This document shows positions 29,353 to 39,597 of a stretch of DNA of 64,000 nt, in pieces. The translations under genes were made by a program, and so were the position numbers. Each line of letters begins with the position of its first letter. Position 1 is the stretch's first letter. The notes under the pieces were generated by a model, which saw only the letters and a list, made by a program, of their open reading frames with translations, was not told the DNA's origin and ran no database searches. The stretch lies in the IMG/VR virus record IMGVR_UViG_3300042502_001233, positions 124,001-188,000 of that record. One strand, given 5' to 3'.

Positions 29353-29514
29353 ATGAAAAGGGATAAAAACATAAAAATTACACCAATAACCCATGAGCTT
29401 CTTAAAAAGTATTGTGAAGAACATGGATTAAAGATGTTTCAATTCGTAGAGTCACTAATTAAAAAAAATTGTATAATACCTAAAACTTTTAAAGATATTT
29501 ATAATGAAGATTAA
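29353..29514 (+). CDS. Ribbon-helix-helix-like DNA-binding protein (not in the ORF track)
   Basis: Hand translation, 53 aa: MKRDKNIKITPITHELLKKYCEEHGLKMFQFVESLIKKNC...; divergent from the sheath gene. Confidence 0.6.
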   Translation: MKRDKNIKITPITHELLKKYCEEHGLKMFQFVESLIKKNCIIPKTFKDIYNED

Positions 29515-29529
29515 ATTTTTATAATAATT

Positions 29530-30114
29530 TTAATTCCTTTGGTTTATCGAATATATTATTTCACTTGGTGTTATATATGAAGCAAAAATATAATTTATTC
29601 CCCCAATAGAATAATTTCCACTCCCAGTTAATTTTTTAAATTCACTACTAAAAGTAGGTAAAGTACTACCACTATGTATAAGAATATTTGTAACACCTAA
29701 CAAACCATTTGCTGTGTTTGCTGTTATTGTTGTACCTGTTTCAGGTAATGTAAGAGTTCCATATACTGTATCAGTAACAAAAGATAAAACGACACCATTA
29801 CTACTTTCCGCTTCTGTTGATAAGGGAATATAACCATTATATGTTGTTGCTGATATTGTGTTTGACATTAAACCACTTGTAAAGTTAGTAAAACCTGTTA
29901 CTGTCCCACCACTTAAAGGTAAATAATCTCCTGTAATAGGGTAGTTATCATCTAATATTTGTGACCACATTGAAATACCGTCTTTATTTACGTATAATAT
30001 ACCTGTTTCAATATCAATATACGTACAACCTCTAGTGGAAATATGTGTTGGATACCCTTTACCACTTTGATAAAAGATTGAACCGATTTTAAACGAACTA
30101 ATTTTTTCTGACAT
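29530..30114 (-). CDS. Small fibre-module protein
   Basis: 194 aa; YLPLSGGTVTG fibre motif; C-terminal module shared with 32378..32860. Confidence 0.6.
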   Translation of the reverse strand: MSEKISSFKIGSIFYQSGKGYPTHISTRGCTYIDIETGILYVNKDGISMWSQILDDNYPITGDYLPLSGGTVTGFTNFTSGLMSNTISATTYNGYIPLSTEAESSNGVVLSFVTDTVYGTLTLPETGTTITANTANGLLGVTNILIHSGSTLPTFSSEFKKLTGSGNYSIGGINYIFASYITPSEIIYSINQRN

Positions 30115-30131
30115 TTTTATTTATTTTTTTT

Positions 30132-30419
30132 TTAATACCCAGCAAACGTATGTCTAGGGTTATTTACTTCAATTTTAGCATTACCAAAATCAATATCCTG
30201 TTCACTCATTACATCATAATGATAACCATCTGCATAAATTGGTTCTGTTGTTACATTACCTTCATTATCATAAGTTCCATCAGTTAATGTGATTTCACCT
30301 ATTTCAACAACTGCTTGAATACCTTGTTGGTAATTACCTTCTACATCAATTACATTCTTTGTAATTAAGTCAGTTAGTGCTGTTTCTTTGTCTGTGTATT
30401 TTAGTTTTGATATGTTCAT
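30132..30419 (-). CDS. Small partner protein of the lectin-like fibre
   Basis: 95 aa; coupled to the upstream lectin gene. Confidence 0.55.
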   Translation of the reverse strand: MNISKLKYTDKETALTDLITKNVIDVEGNYQQGIQAVVEIGEITLTDGTYDNEGNVTTEPIYADGYHYDVMSEQDIDFGNAKIEVNNPRHTFAGY

Positions 30420-30420
30420 A

Positions 30421-32376
30421 TTATAAAGTTGTTAAGTTTTGTAATTGTGTATTGGTCAACCTTGTCTTAAATAGTGCAACATTGTTTATAAAATCATTAA
30501 AAAAGTTACCATTACTTCTATTTTGTCCTAACCCAACTCTATTTTGACCTGTTATATTATAAGTATTAGTTATAACAGTTGTTTCTTGATTACCATTTAT
30601 AAACATAACAGTATCTCCTGACTTGTATGCTAATGCAATTTTTAACCTAACATTATTAGTAAATGTTGATGTACTAGCAACACCTGCTAAAGAACCTGTG
30701 TTTCCGACTATATCAAAATATATTTTTCCATTTGTAAATTTGTAAAGTTCAATTCTGACTGTTGTTTCATTTATAGCAGTTGACAAAAATACTCCCGTAT
30801 TAGAGAAAGATGTAATATAAACATCTGCAAATAGAGTTCCTTCACTTTGTCCAATCAATGTACTTGCATTTGTATTTCTAATCACATCAGCATTTCTTGT
30901 AACAGCAGCAGTTGTTGTTGGTATATAAGAAGTTGCATTTGTACCTACTTCTAATTGAGCACCCCACAAAAATACTGAAGTTGTAAGTGTATTGTTTTGG
31001 GTTCTTGTGGCATTTGCAGAATTTACTATAAAAATTGAAAAATTAGTGCTATTAGTTGTAGTTGATACAAATACCATTTCACAACGATACCAACCATTCC
31101 CTACATTAGTAATTTTAGATGTTGGTAAATTACCAGTTAAAGTACCTAAAGTACCTGTTACTCCATTGTTTAAATCAAAATTAGCAAACATACCACCTAT
31201 TGCACCATTTACCCATAACTGTATAAAATTATTAGTGTCTTTTTTTGCAAAAACAGTATAAGTATATGTTGTACCAATTGTAAAAGATATGTTAGAATGA
31301 AAAATATAATGAAAACCTGAAGTACCATCAGCAGTTAGTTTATTGGTATTCTCTAATCCACTTGGTGATAGTTCTACTGTAGCAGTTACATTTGAATTAA
31401 TAATTGTCCAATTTGTTGCTAAGAAGTTCTCACTTTGTAATACTAAATTAGTTCTTTGTGGTTCAACCAATATACTTGGACAACTTGCATTTGAATAATC
31501 TATTCTTGGTATATTAAATCCTGTTGAAACTGGTAAATATTCTTTTGCTAAATCACCATCGACTAACTGAGCACCCCATACATAAACACCATCAACACCA
31601 TCAGCAATTGTTTTTACAGTATCACCTAACCCAACACCAAATCTGTTATTTGTTGCTGAAACACCCATATTTGACGTAAATCCAACACTATACCAACCAT
31701 CACCAACATCTTCAATAAAAGGATTTGTAATATTTACTCCTGTATCAGTTATTATACCTAATTGTAAATCAACTTCAACATATCTACCACCACTCATACT
31801 TGTTGCACCACCATACATAACTCTAATTCTATTTAACCCATTATATTTTAAGTAAAAGAATACTGTACATTCATTTCTTGCAACAAATGAGGTAGAAACT
31901 ACATTCACACCTAAAGTACCAGTAAAAGCATAAGTATTACCACTCACTCCTACTAAACTATCAGCACTCATTGTACCATTTGGAGCCATAATAGCATTTG
32001 GTGTAATAGAAGTTCTTTGCTTAGTCCAATAAGTATTTTCAAACTCTTCACTTCTATTAAATAAATTATAAGGTACATTTTCAATCAATCCATCTGAATT
32101 AACCCTTGTTGCTCTGGTTGCTCTTGTAACACTCATATCACCAGTTGCATCACTTGGTACTACACTATACAACAAAGTTTCTTTATAAGCATTTGGTGTT
32201 ACTATTAAAGAAGCATTGTCTAATAAACTTTGATTATCTAATTGAGTTAGTTGTGCTTCTAAACAACTTTCTGCTTCAAATTGACCAAAGTCTGTTAAAA
32301 CTCTTGCTTTAAATGCTTGTATTAAATTCTTTATTTTTGCCCCTAATGTAAAGAACATCATTCTTCTTATACTCAT
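30421..32376 (-). CDS. ConA/LamG-like lectin fibre or head-spike protein with two carbohydrate-binding-like modules
   Basis: 651 aa; ATRVNSDG, PRIDY, LVEPQRTNL, two 'WGAQL' modules, SYIPTT..AVTRNAD. Confidence 0.65.
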   Translation of the reverse strand: MSIRRMMFFTLGAKIKNLIQAFKARVLTDFGQFEAESCLEAQLTQLDNQSLLDNASLIVTPNAYKETLLYSVVPSDATGDMSVTRATRATRVNSDGLIENVPYNLFNRSEEFENTYWTKQRTSITPNAIMAPNGTMSADSLVGVSGNTYAFTGTLGVNVVSTSFVARNECTVFFYLKYNGLNRIRVMYGGATSMSGGRYVEVDLQLGIITDTGVNITNPFIEDVGDGWYSVGFTSNMGVSATNNRFGVGLGDTVKTIADGVDGVYVWGAQLVDGDLAKEYLPVSTGFNIPRIDYSNASCPSILVEPQRTNLVLQSENFLATNWTIINSNVTATVELSPSGLENTNKLTADGTSGFHYIFHSNISFTIGTTYTYTVFAKKDTNNFIQLWVNGAIGGMFANFDLNNGVTGTLGTLTGNLPTSKITNVGNGWYRCEMVFVSTTTNSTNFSIFIVNSANATRTQNNTLTTSVFLWGAQLEVGTNATSYIPTTTAAVTRNADVIRNTNASTLIGQSEGTLFADVYITSFSNTGVFLSTAINETTVRIELYKFTNGKIYFDIVGNTGSLAGVASTSTFTNNVRLKIALAYKSGDTVMFINGNQETTVITNTYNITGQNRVGLGQNRSNGNFFNDFINNVALFKTRLTNTQLQNLTTL

Positions 32377-32377
32377 A

Positions 32378-32860
32378 TTACGTTCTTTGATTTATTGAAT
32401 AAATTATTTCTGTTGGTTCAATATATGTTGCAAATACGTAATTTACCTGACCAGTAGTATAATTACCACTACCACTTAGTTTTTTATATTCAGAACTAAA
32501 CGTAGGTGTTGTAACACCACTATGTATTAATATATTTGTAACACCTAACAAACCACCTGTAACATTAGCCGTGATACCTGTGGCTGTTTCTGGTGAAGTA
32601 AGTGTACCATACACTCTATCAGTTGTAAAAGACAAAGTAACACCTGTAGTAATTGATGCAGCTGTTGGTAAAGGTGTATAACCTAAAACAGTTGGAATTG
32701 TCTTATTCTCCCATAATTGTGTTGATGGTGTATATGCAAGAACTTGACCAGCTGTTGCACACTTATTATTAACTTCCTCATTTAACCTTATTCCACGTGC
32801 AGCAGCTTCTTTAACAGCTTCTGGGTAATCACTATATGATTTTAATTTAATATCTATCAT
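32378..32860 (-). CDS. Chimeric fibre-module ORF
   Basis: 160 aa; contains the 84-bp copy of the 33005..35770 segment and the C-terminal module of 29530..30114. Confidence 0.55.
   Translation of the reverse strand: MIDIKLKSYSDYPEAVKEAAARGIRLNEEVNNKCATAGQVLAYTPSTQLWENKTIPTVLGYTPLPTAASITTGVTLSFTTDRVYGTLTSPETATGITANVTGGLLGVTNILIHSGVTTPTFSSEYKKLSGSGNYTTGQVNYVFATYIEPTEIIYSINQRT
32677..32760. repeat. 84-bp direct repeat, copy 1 (copy 2 at 33478-33561)
   Basis: Identical by eye; encodes ATAGQVLAYTPSTQLWENKTIPTVLGY. Confidence 0.9.
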
Positions 32861-33000
32861 AAGTTATTATCTTTTACAAACTGCTCAGTGTTTTCAACCG
32901 TATATAATATTACTTGACCATCTATTTCTACACTAATTTGTGTATCATTGTGAATGATGTATCCGTGTTCTAATAATTCTTTTGTTATATTCATAATCAT
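32857..33000 (-). CDS. Small fibre-associated protein (start probably at 33000)
   Basis: MIMNITKELLEHGY... begins right after the fibre stop codon. Confidence 0.45.
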   Translation of the reverse strand: MIMNITKELLEHGYIIHNDTQISVEIDGQVILYTVENTEQFVKDNNL

Positions 33001-33004
33001 ATTT

Positions 33005-35770
33005 TTAATTTTTTGTAATTCTATAAAAATCTCCAAATGTTGCAGGTTGGTCATTTGTTGAATGTGAAATAGCAAAAATTATAAATTGGTCCACATTCCA
33101 GTTTATAGATACATTATTTGATGTTGGTAATGAACCTATATCTGATGCTGATGAAACAGTTGAATTTATAACTCTAGTATTTGCTCCTTTGATTGCCAAA
33201 TTTCTTGATATTTGAAAACTTCTAGTTGATGTACCAGAGTTACCTATAGCTACTTGTATAGGACTTCCCGTTGATAAATTATTTGTTGTATTAGCATAAA
33301 TTATTGAACTTGTAATACTTGTTTTTGCTAGCAAAGCAACCCATCTAAAAAATATTTCAACAACATCACCAGCAGCAAATGTTCCAGCTGGAATAAGTTG
33401 CACATAAGTAGGTGTAATAATAAGAGTGTTAGCAACACTTGTTCCATCTAATGCTGATGACCAAGTTTGTGATGGTATATAACCTAAAACAGTTGGAATT
33501 GTCTTATTCTCCCATAATTGTGTTGATGGTGTATATGCAAGAACTTGACCAGCTGTTGCACCACTTATACTTACATCAGACAATGTTTCTAATGAAAATG
33601 GTAAATTACTTGCAGGTACAGGAAATGTTGTTCTTACAGGACTTGTCCCACCAAATTGAAATTCATAACTTGGGTTTGAACCACTACCTATTCTGTCAGC
33701 ATAATACTTAACAACTATTCTATCTGTTACTAAAAATGTTCCGTTATTCAATAAAGCAGCTGCTAAAAACTCTGTATAAACATTTGTGTTCACAGGTGCT
33801 GTTTTATTAGAAGTAGAAATAAGTGTTTCAGTACCAACTGAATTTCTATGATAAACTTCATAGTAGAACTCAGCAGTACCACTACCACTCACTCTTCTTA
33901 CATTACCTATTGTTAAAAGATTGATAATCCCTGGGTTACCAATAAGTACACCAGCTTCACTTGATAAAGCAGCAATGAATTGTCCTGTTGTTGTAATTGC
34001 ACCTGTTGGTATATCAACTGGTGTTGTATTATAATCAGGGTCATCAATAGAAGTTACTAATTTAAAGTAAGTTGCAATATCGCTTGAAACATTAGTTGCA
34101 AATAAGTTTAAGTTGGAAGGTAATTGGTCTGCTGTTACAAAAGGACTAGTTCCATCATCACCATCATTTATTAGTTGAGAAGTGTTGGTAGGAATATCAT
34201 TTAAAAGTGCAATAGTACCACCAGCATTTGGTAATTTATAAGCACGGCTATCAGTAAGTAATCCAGTTGAAATACGAGCCATAATAGTACCATCTTTAGA
34301 TAATACTGTCTGTCCATCTTCATCTGCACTAGCATTTGTACCGAATAGATTTACATTGTTAAAAGTGTTTTCAAAACCTGATTCTCTACCAAAAGCATTT
34401 ACATCATTACCACTATTACCAATACCAGCACCTTCCCCAATAGCATTTTGATTTTGACCACTATTGTTTTGACCAGCCTTTATACCTAAAGCATTTTGAT
34501 TATCACCTGTATTTACAGAACCTGCTCCAGGTCCTAGAGCATTCTGATTTTGACCTGTATTGTCTGTACCAGCACTTGAACCCAATGCATTTTGATTTCC
34601 AGCTTGGTTGTTTTGACCAGCACCTGAACCCAATGCATTTTGACTATCAGCTTGGTTGTTTGCTCCAGCACCTTCCCCAATAGCATTTTGATTTTGACCA
34701 CTATTGTTTTGACCAGCATATTGACCAAAGGCATTCTGATAATCACCTTGATTATCAAGACCAGCAGATTCACCAAATGCATTTTGATTACTACCATTGT
34801 TATTTTGGCCAGCACTAAAACCTAAAGCATTTTGATTAATCCCAGTGTTGTCTGTACCAGCATAAAAACCTAAAGCATTTTGATTAATCCCAGTGTTGTT
34901 TCTACCAGCATAAAAACCTAAAGCATTCTGATAATCACCTTGATTATCAACACCAGCAGATTCACCAAATGCATTTTGTTTATCACCAAAATTATTAACA
35001 CCAGCAGCATAACCAAATGCATTTTGATTATCAGCTTGATTTTGAAAACCAGCTAACCCACCCAATGCATTTTGATTACTACCATTGTTATTCTTACCAG
35101 CATTAAAACCTAATGCATTTTGATTTACTATTCCAGTATTATTATCACCAGCACCAGTTCCAGCATTGAAAACACCATTATTTAAATCGTGATTATTATC
35201 TTGGATTTGTTGAAGTGTTGGGATTGGTAAACCTAAATATGTTGTTGCTGATATTGTTGTTGCAGATAAACCATTAGTGAAAATAGTTGACCCAGAAACT
35301 GTACCACCAGTAAACGGAGTTGTTGTGTTAAACCCACTTACGCTAAATGTACCACCAGTATTGTTTGTAAACAAAGCAGTTCCGTTATTATAAGTACCAC
35401 CAGTAACAAACACGTCAAAAGGTGTTGTCGACCCAGTATAAAACCCAGAAACGGTAAACGTACCACCTGTATTGTTTCTAAATACAGCTGTTCCGTTTGA
35501 ATATGTCCCACCAGTAACAAACGTATCTTGTGTTGAAACACCTGTAAGATTCGAACCATCACCATAATACGTTGTTGCGCTAATAATCGTTGCCAAGGTA
35601 TTTCCGTTAAACACAATTAGGTTTTCACCTAAGTTTATTGTTGTGTTACCACTACATGATATTATGTTGTTGCTATATAATGCAGTACACGCACTAAATA
35701 TATCATTCCCATCTGCTGAATCGATAATATAAGTTTCGTTGATACTTAAAGATTTGTTTATATTGTTCAT
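33005..35770 (-). CDS. Tail fibre / adhesin-like protein with 14-aa NQNA(L/F/I)G repeats
   Basis: 921 aa; about 16 repeats of YadA-head-like period; GGTY modules. Confidence 0.7.
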   Translation of the reverse strand: MNNINKSLSINETYIIDSADGNDIFSACTALYSNNIISCSGNTTINLGENLIVFNGNTLATIISATTYYGDGSNLTGVSTQDTFVTGGTYSNGTAVFRNNTGGTFTVSGFYTGSTTPFDVFVTGGTYNNGTALFTNNTGGTFSVSGFNTTTPFTGGTVSGSTIFTNGLSATTISATTYLGLPIPTLQQIQDNNHDLNNGVFNAGTGAGDNNTGIVNQNALGFNAGKNNNGSNQNALGGLAGFQNQADNQNAFGYAAGVNNFGDKQNAFGESAGVDNQGDYQNALGFYAGRNNTGINQNALGFYAGTDNTGINQNALGFSAGQNNNGSNQNAFGESAGLDNQGDYQNAFGQYAGQNNSGQNQNAIGEGAGANNQADSQNALGSGAGQNNQAGNQNALGSSAGTDNTGQNQNALGPGAGSVNTGDNQNALGIKAGQNNSGQNQNAIGEGAGIGNSGNDVNAFGRESGFENTFNNVNLFGTNASADEDGQTVLSKDGTIMARISTGLLTDSRAYKLPNAGGTIALLNDIPTNTSQLINDGDDGTSPFVTADQLPSNLNLFATNVSSDIATYFKLVTSIDDPDYNTTPVDIPTGAITTTGQFIAALSSEAGVLIGNPGIINLLTIGNVRRVSGSGTAEFYYEVYHRNSVGTETLISTSNKTAPVNTNVYTEFLAAALLNNGTFLVTDRIVVKYYADRIGSGSNPSYEFQFGGTSPVRTTFPVPASNLPFSLETLSDVSISGATAGQVLAYTPSTQLWENKTIPTVLGYIPSQTWSSALDGTSVANTLIITPTYVQLIPAGTFAAGDVVEIFFRWVALLAKTSITSSIIYANTTNNLSTGSPIQVAIGNSGTSTRSFQISRNLAIKGANTRVINSTVSSASDIGSLPTSNNVSINWNVDQFIIFAISHSTNDQPATFGDFYRITKN

Positions 35771-36834
35771 TATGTTGTTGTTGTTGTACCTAATAATTTA
35801 AAAGAACCTTGTGTAAGGTTATTTTTATATACTCTAATTTTTATCACATCGTTAGCGCTTAATATCAAAGGTGATGACAATACTGTTCCATCAAAAATAC
35901 CCACACCATTAGCGCTAACAACTATTCTACTTATATTTAATATTTCTGTTAATATTGTAAAATTAACATCATATTTAAGAATGAATTCAAATTCATTTTT
36001 TGCTCTAGGTTTAAATAAAAAACTAAAATTAGCTTCGTTATTTTTGTTGCTACTATCAAAAATTATATCGTTATATAGTTTAGCTTCATCAATCTCCATA
36101 GCAATTAGGGTTCTATTTATTGACGGAACCACTTCATACTCTTCTTCATCTAACAAATAACCCAATAATTTTAGTTCAAATAGTTGGACGTAAAATCTTT
36201 TATTTTCAAAATCATCAATATTACTTTCATCACCTATATTTTCTAAATGCAACGGCATTGGATGACCTTTAACATCAATATAACATTGTTTAGATTGAAA
36301 AGCTCTTTGCATTAACCTATTAAATTTGTTTAACTGTCTTAGTTTGGTTGCAAATATTCTAACTTCGTAAGTTAAATCTACACTGGTAGGTTGCGGTATC
36401 TTGTACATATCTACACCTTTTCTTGCCCCATCCCATGTTGGAACTTTTACCATTGTGTAGGTACGATTTCCTGGTATGTTCCATAATCCAGCTTGGTTTT
36501 GACCTTGTTGAATATCTGGGTTTCTTACAACAGTTATAAATGGCATTCTTATGTTTTTATATTCATCAGTAAACTCCCAAGTTTTTGTAAACTCAGTCCA
36601 TCTTTGAATCGTTAAAAAAATAACTGGGATTCTTTCTCCTTCTAGACTCATATAAAATCTTTCGTCATTTTTTAACGTTTCAATAACCGCTTCATCCATG
36701 TCTTCTTCTAAAACACCTCTCGGTAAAAAAGTACCTTTGTCGGTAATACCATCTAGAATTTCTTGTCTTCTTTCTGGCCCAATTTTACTTGGTGTGATAT
36801 CTATGTTGGTCATATAACCTTTGGGCATTCCCAT
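35770..36834 (-). CDS. Tail terminator / sheath stabiliser (T4 gp15-like)
   Basis: 354 aa; RMPFITVVR, PTSVDLTYEVRIFA motifs; lies next to the neck gene. Confidence 0.55.
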   Translation of the reverse strand: MGMPKGYMTNIDITPSKIGPERRQEILDGITDKGTFLPRGVLEEDMDEAVIETLKNDERFYMSLEGERIPVIFLTIQRWTEFTKTWEFTDEYKNIRMPFITVVRNPDIQQGQNQAGLWNIPGNRTYTMVKVPTWDGARKGVDMYKIPQPTSVDLTYEVRIFATKLRQLNKFNRLMQRAFQSKQCYIDVKGHPMPLHLENIGDESNIDDFENKRFYVQLFELKLLGYLLDEEEYEVVPSINRTLIAMEIDEAKLYNDIIFDSSNKNNEANFSFLFKPRAKNEFEFILKYDVNFTILTEILNISRIVVSANGVGIFDGTVLSSPLILSANDVIKIRVYKNNLTQGSFKLLGTTTTT

Positions 36835-36852
36835 ATCTTATCTGTTTTTAAA

Positions 36853-37374
36853 TTACATACCTTGGAATTCTAAGTCTTCAATTGTAGTACAAATAATTGT
36901 TCTAAATGCACCTTTGTAACCCATAATAGTGTGTTTATTATTATAATTTTTAACTCCATCATTAACAACGCTGAAATATCTGATTTCTGTTTCAGTAACT
37001 GGATAACCTATATAATCACCGTAGCTAATCTCAGTATCTAGTTCTTTTAATTGAGCATCATAAATCCCAAAAGTTAATTGTCCATCTTGTAAATATCTTA
37101 AACCACCGTTGGAATTGTATGATTTATTCTCAGCTTCATCCATTATTGGAATCACTTTTAACTCAATTGGTGGGAAATATCTGATACTATTAGCTGATGC
37201 TTCACCATATAAATCGTCAGATTCAGTTAGTTGTCTATCAACTCTGTATAGAATTAAAGTAAAATTACCATCACCTTCGATAGCTTCTCTACCCATTTCA
37301 ATTTCAAGGTTAAAATCGTCTTCAGAAAACCATTTATTAACTCTAGTTATCGGTGTTACTTTTTTGTTATCCAT
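36853..37374 (-). CDS. Head closure / neck protein (T4 gp14-like)
   Basis: 173 aa; DDLYGEA...YFPPIEL, ISYGDYIGY motifs. Confidence 0.6.
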   Translation of the reverse strand: MDNKKVTPITRVNKWFSEDDFNLEIEMGREAIEGDGNFTLILYRVDRQLTESDDLYGEASANSIRYFPPIELKVIPIMDEAENKSYNSNGGLRYLQDGQLTFGIYDAQLKELDTEISYGDYIGYPVTETEIRYFSVVNDGVKNYNNKHTIMGYKGAFRTIICTTIEDLEFQGM

Positions 37375-37423
37375 AGGTTTTATTTTATAAATATTTATGT
37401 TTTAATAATTCTTCCACAAACCC

Positions 37424-37454
37424 TTGATTTTTATTTTTATTTTCCTTATATTTG
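37424..37454 (+). promoter_or_regulatory. Sigma70-type promoter of the helicase gene
   Basis: TTG-N20-TATATTTG. Confidence 0.65.
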
Positions 37455-37486
37455 TATATAATAACCAGGATTAAACCACTAATTAT

Positions 37487-39322
37487 TTGATAAATTTAGA
37501 CGACATAAAAGGACGCTCAGCAATATCTCTATTAGAGAATTACGACGGCATTAACCCTTACATTAAAGGGTTACAAAATCAGTACCTTAAAAACAACAAA
37601 TTGGCCCTTACGGATAACCAATCCAAATATATTATAGATAACATTGATAGAGAACCGCTATATATAAATAGAGTGGTAAACATAACTAGTTACTTGGGTG
37701 AAGAACTACAAAAAAAACATGAATTATCGTTTACACCAGAAAGAGTTCTTATTGAATTTATTTTGGGTGAAACAGATAAATCATACCACATTTATGGAAA
37801 GTTTTCAACAAAACAACAATCCAAAATGTATTTCATCCCAAAAACACAAGTAATTGATGACCCATATTTCGAACCAATCAAAATAGATGTTGATTTTACC
37901 AAATACAACGATGTATTGGCTAATACGGGTAAAAAACTATATCAACACCAAGAAGAAGGTATTAAATTTTTGTTGTCTAGAAACGGCTGTATTCTAGCTG
38001 ACGACATGGGTTTGGGTAAATCGATGCAATCAATCATTGCTGCGTTGGAAAGTGGTGCTAAAAAGATATTGATTGTGTGCCCATCAGCCACCAAAATTAA
38101 TTGGCAACGTGAAATAAACGTATTTTGTGATGAAACAACAATTATTGATGGCAAAAAATTCAAAGATGCAAAATTTACGATAATAAATTTTGACATTCTT
38201 AAAAACTTTCATAGTCTTAAACCAACCAAAAGATTAAAAGAAGGTGAGGTTGAGCCAGAACCAATCAGAAACTTAGCCAACGCTGGGTATGATTTATGTA
38301 TTGTTGACGAAGCTCACTATTTGAAAAATAACGATAGTATTCGCGGTAAAATAATTGTAGAGTTATCCACAAAGTTTAATATTCAAAAAGTTTGGTTATT
38401 GACTGGAACACCAGTTGCAAACAGACCAATGGATTTCTTTAATTTATTAAAGATTATAAAGTCTCCTATTGCAGAAAATTGGAAACACTATGCTACGAGA
38501 TACTGTGAAGGTAGAAAGTTCTTTAGAACGCTTAAAAATGGTCAGAAAAGACAAATATGGTTAACTGATGGTGCCAGCAATCTAGAAGAGTTGGCTACTA
38601 AAACAAAAAATATACTTTTAAGAAGACTTAAAACTGAAGTGTTGGATATGCCAGACAAAGTCATCACACCCATGCATCATGTGTTAGATTCTAAACAATT
38701 ATCACAATACGAATATTTATGGGATGAGTACATGTTAGCCAAGATAGAAGCTGGTAAAAAAGTTAGAGAAGAACAAAAAGACTTGGTTGAACTTATTTTG
38801 CTTAGGCAATTTATAGCACAGCAAGCTATTCCGTATACAATTGAAATGGCCGAGAACGCGATAGAGATGGGTCGTAAAGTAATTATATTTACTAGCTTTA
38901 CTGAAGAACTTGAAACAATAACAAATCATTTTGGTAAAGCCGCTGTAAAACACAACGGACCAATGAGTACCGCTAACAAACAAAAGTCAGTTGATGCGTT
39001 TCAAAACAATGACAAAATTAAAGTTTTTGTTGGGAATATTAAATCGGCTGGTGTTGGAATTACCCTTACTGAAGGTACTGTGGTTATTTTTAACTCATTC
39101 GATTGGGTTCCAGGTTCAAACGAACAAGCTGAAGATAGAGCGTTTCGTATCGGACAAAAAAATGATGTTAACGTTTACTATCAATTATTTGATGGTACTA
39201 TTTCTTCTAGAATGTGGGAGATGTTAAAAAATAAAAAAAATGTCATATCAACCATTATGGGTGAAAAAGTGATGACAGAAGATGAAATAACAGAATTATT
39301 AATAGAACAATTATTAGATTAA
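37487..39322 (+). CDS. SNF2-family (HARP/SMARCAL1-like) helicase
   Basis: LADDMGLGKS, IVDEAH, LLTGTP, LLRRLK, GITLT, QAEDRAFRIGQ. Confidence 0.9.
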   Translation: MINLDDIKGRSAISLLENYDGINPYIKGLQNQYLKNNKLALTDNQSKYIIDNIDREPLYINRVVNITSYLGEELQKKHELSFTPERVLIEFILGETDKSYHIYGKFSTKQQSKMYFIPKTQVIDDPYFEPIKIDVDFTKYNDVLANTGKKLYQHQEEGIKFLLSRNGCILADDMGLGKSMQSIIAALESGAKKILIVCPSATKINWQREINVFCDETTIIDGKKFKDAKFTIINFDILKNFHSLKPTKRLKEGEVEPEPIRNLANAGYDLCIVDEAHYLKNNDSIRGKIIVELSTKFNIQKVWLLTGTPVANRPMDFFNLLKIIKSPIAENWKHYATRYCEGRKFFRTLKNGQKRQIWLTDGASNLEELATKTKNILLRRLKTEVLDMPDKVITPMHHVLDSKQLSQYEYLWDEYMLAKIEAGKKVREEQKDLVELILLRQFIAQQAIPYTIEMAENAIEMGRKVIIFTSFTEELETITNHFGKAAVKHNGPMSTANKQKSVDAFQNNDKIKVFVGNIKSAGVGITLTEGTVVIFNSFDWVPGSNEQAEDRAFRIGQKNDVNVYYQLFDGTISSRMWEMLKNKKNVISTIMGEKVMTEDEITELLIEQLLD

Positions 39323-39324
39323 TT

Positions 39325-39597
39325 ATGGTAACAATTTACACAATGCAAAACTGCCCATATTGTGCAGAATTAAAAGAACTTCTAACTACTGAAAATATCG
39401 AATTTAACGATATAGATATTTTTGACAAAAAACATGAAAAAGAAGTTGGAGAAATAATGGAAGCGTCAAAAGCTGAAGAAGTTCCAATAGTTAGGATTGA
39501 AAAACAATTATTCATCCCTAACGTTTCTTTTAAAAGTATTACAGAAGCTTGCTATTTGGTTAAAAAAATATTAAGTGATTCCGATATAACTTCATAA
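39325..39597 (+). CDS. Glutaredoxin (NrdH-like)
   Basis: YTMQNCPYC active site, VP motif. Confidence 0.85.
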   Translation: MVTIYTMQNCPYCAELKELLTTENIEFNDIDIFDKKHEKEVGEIMEASKAEEVPIVRIEKQLFIPNVSFKSITEACYLVKKILSDSDITS

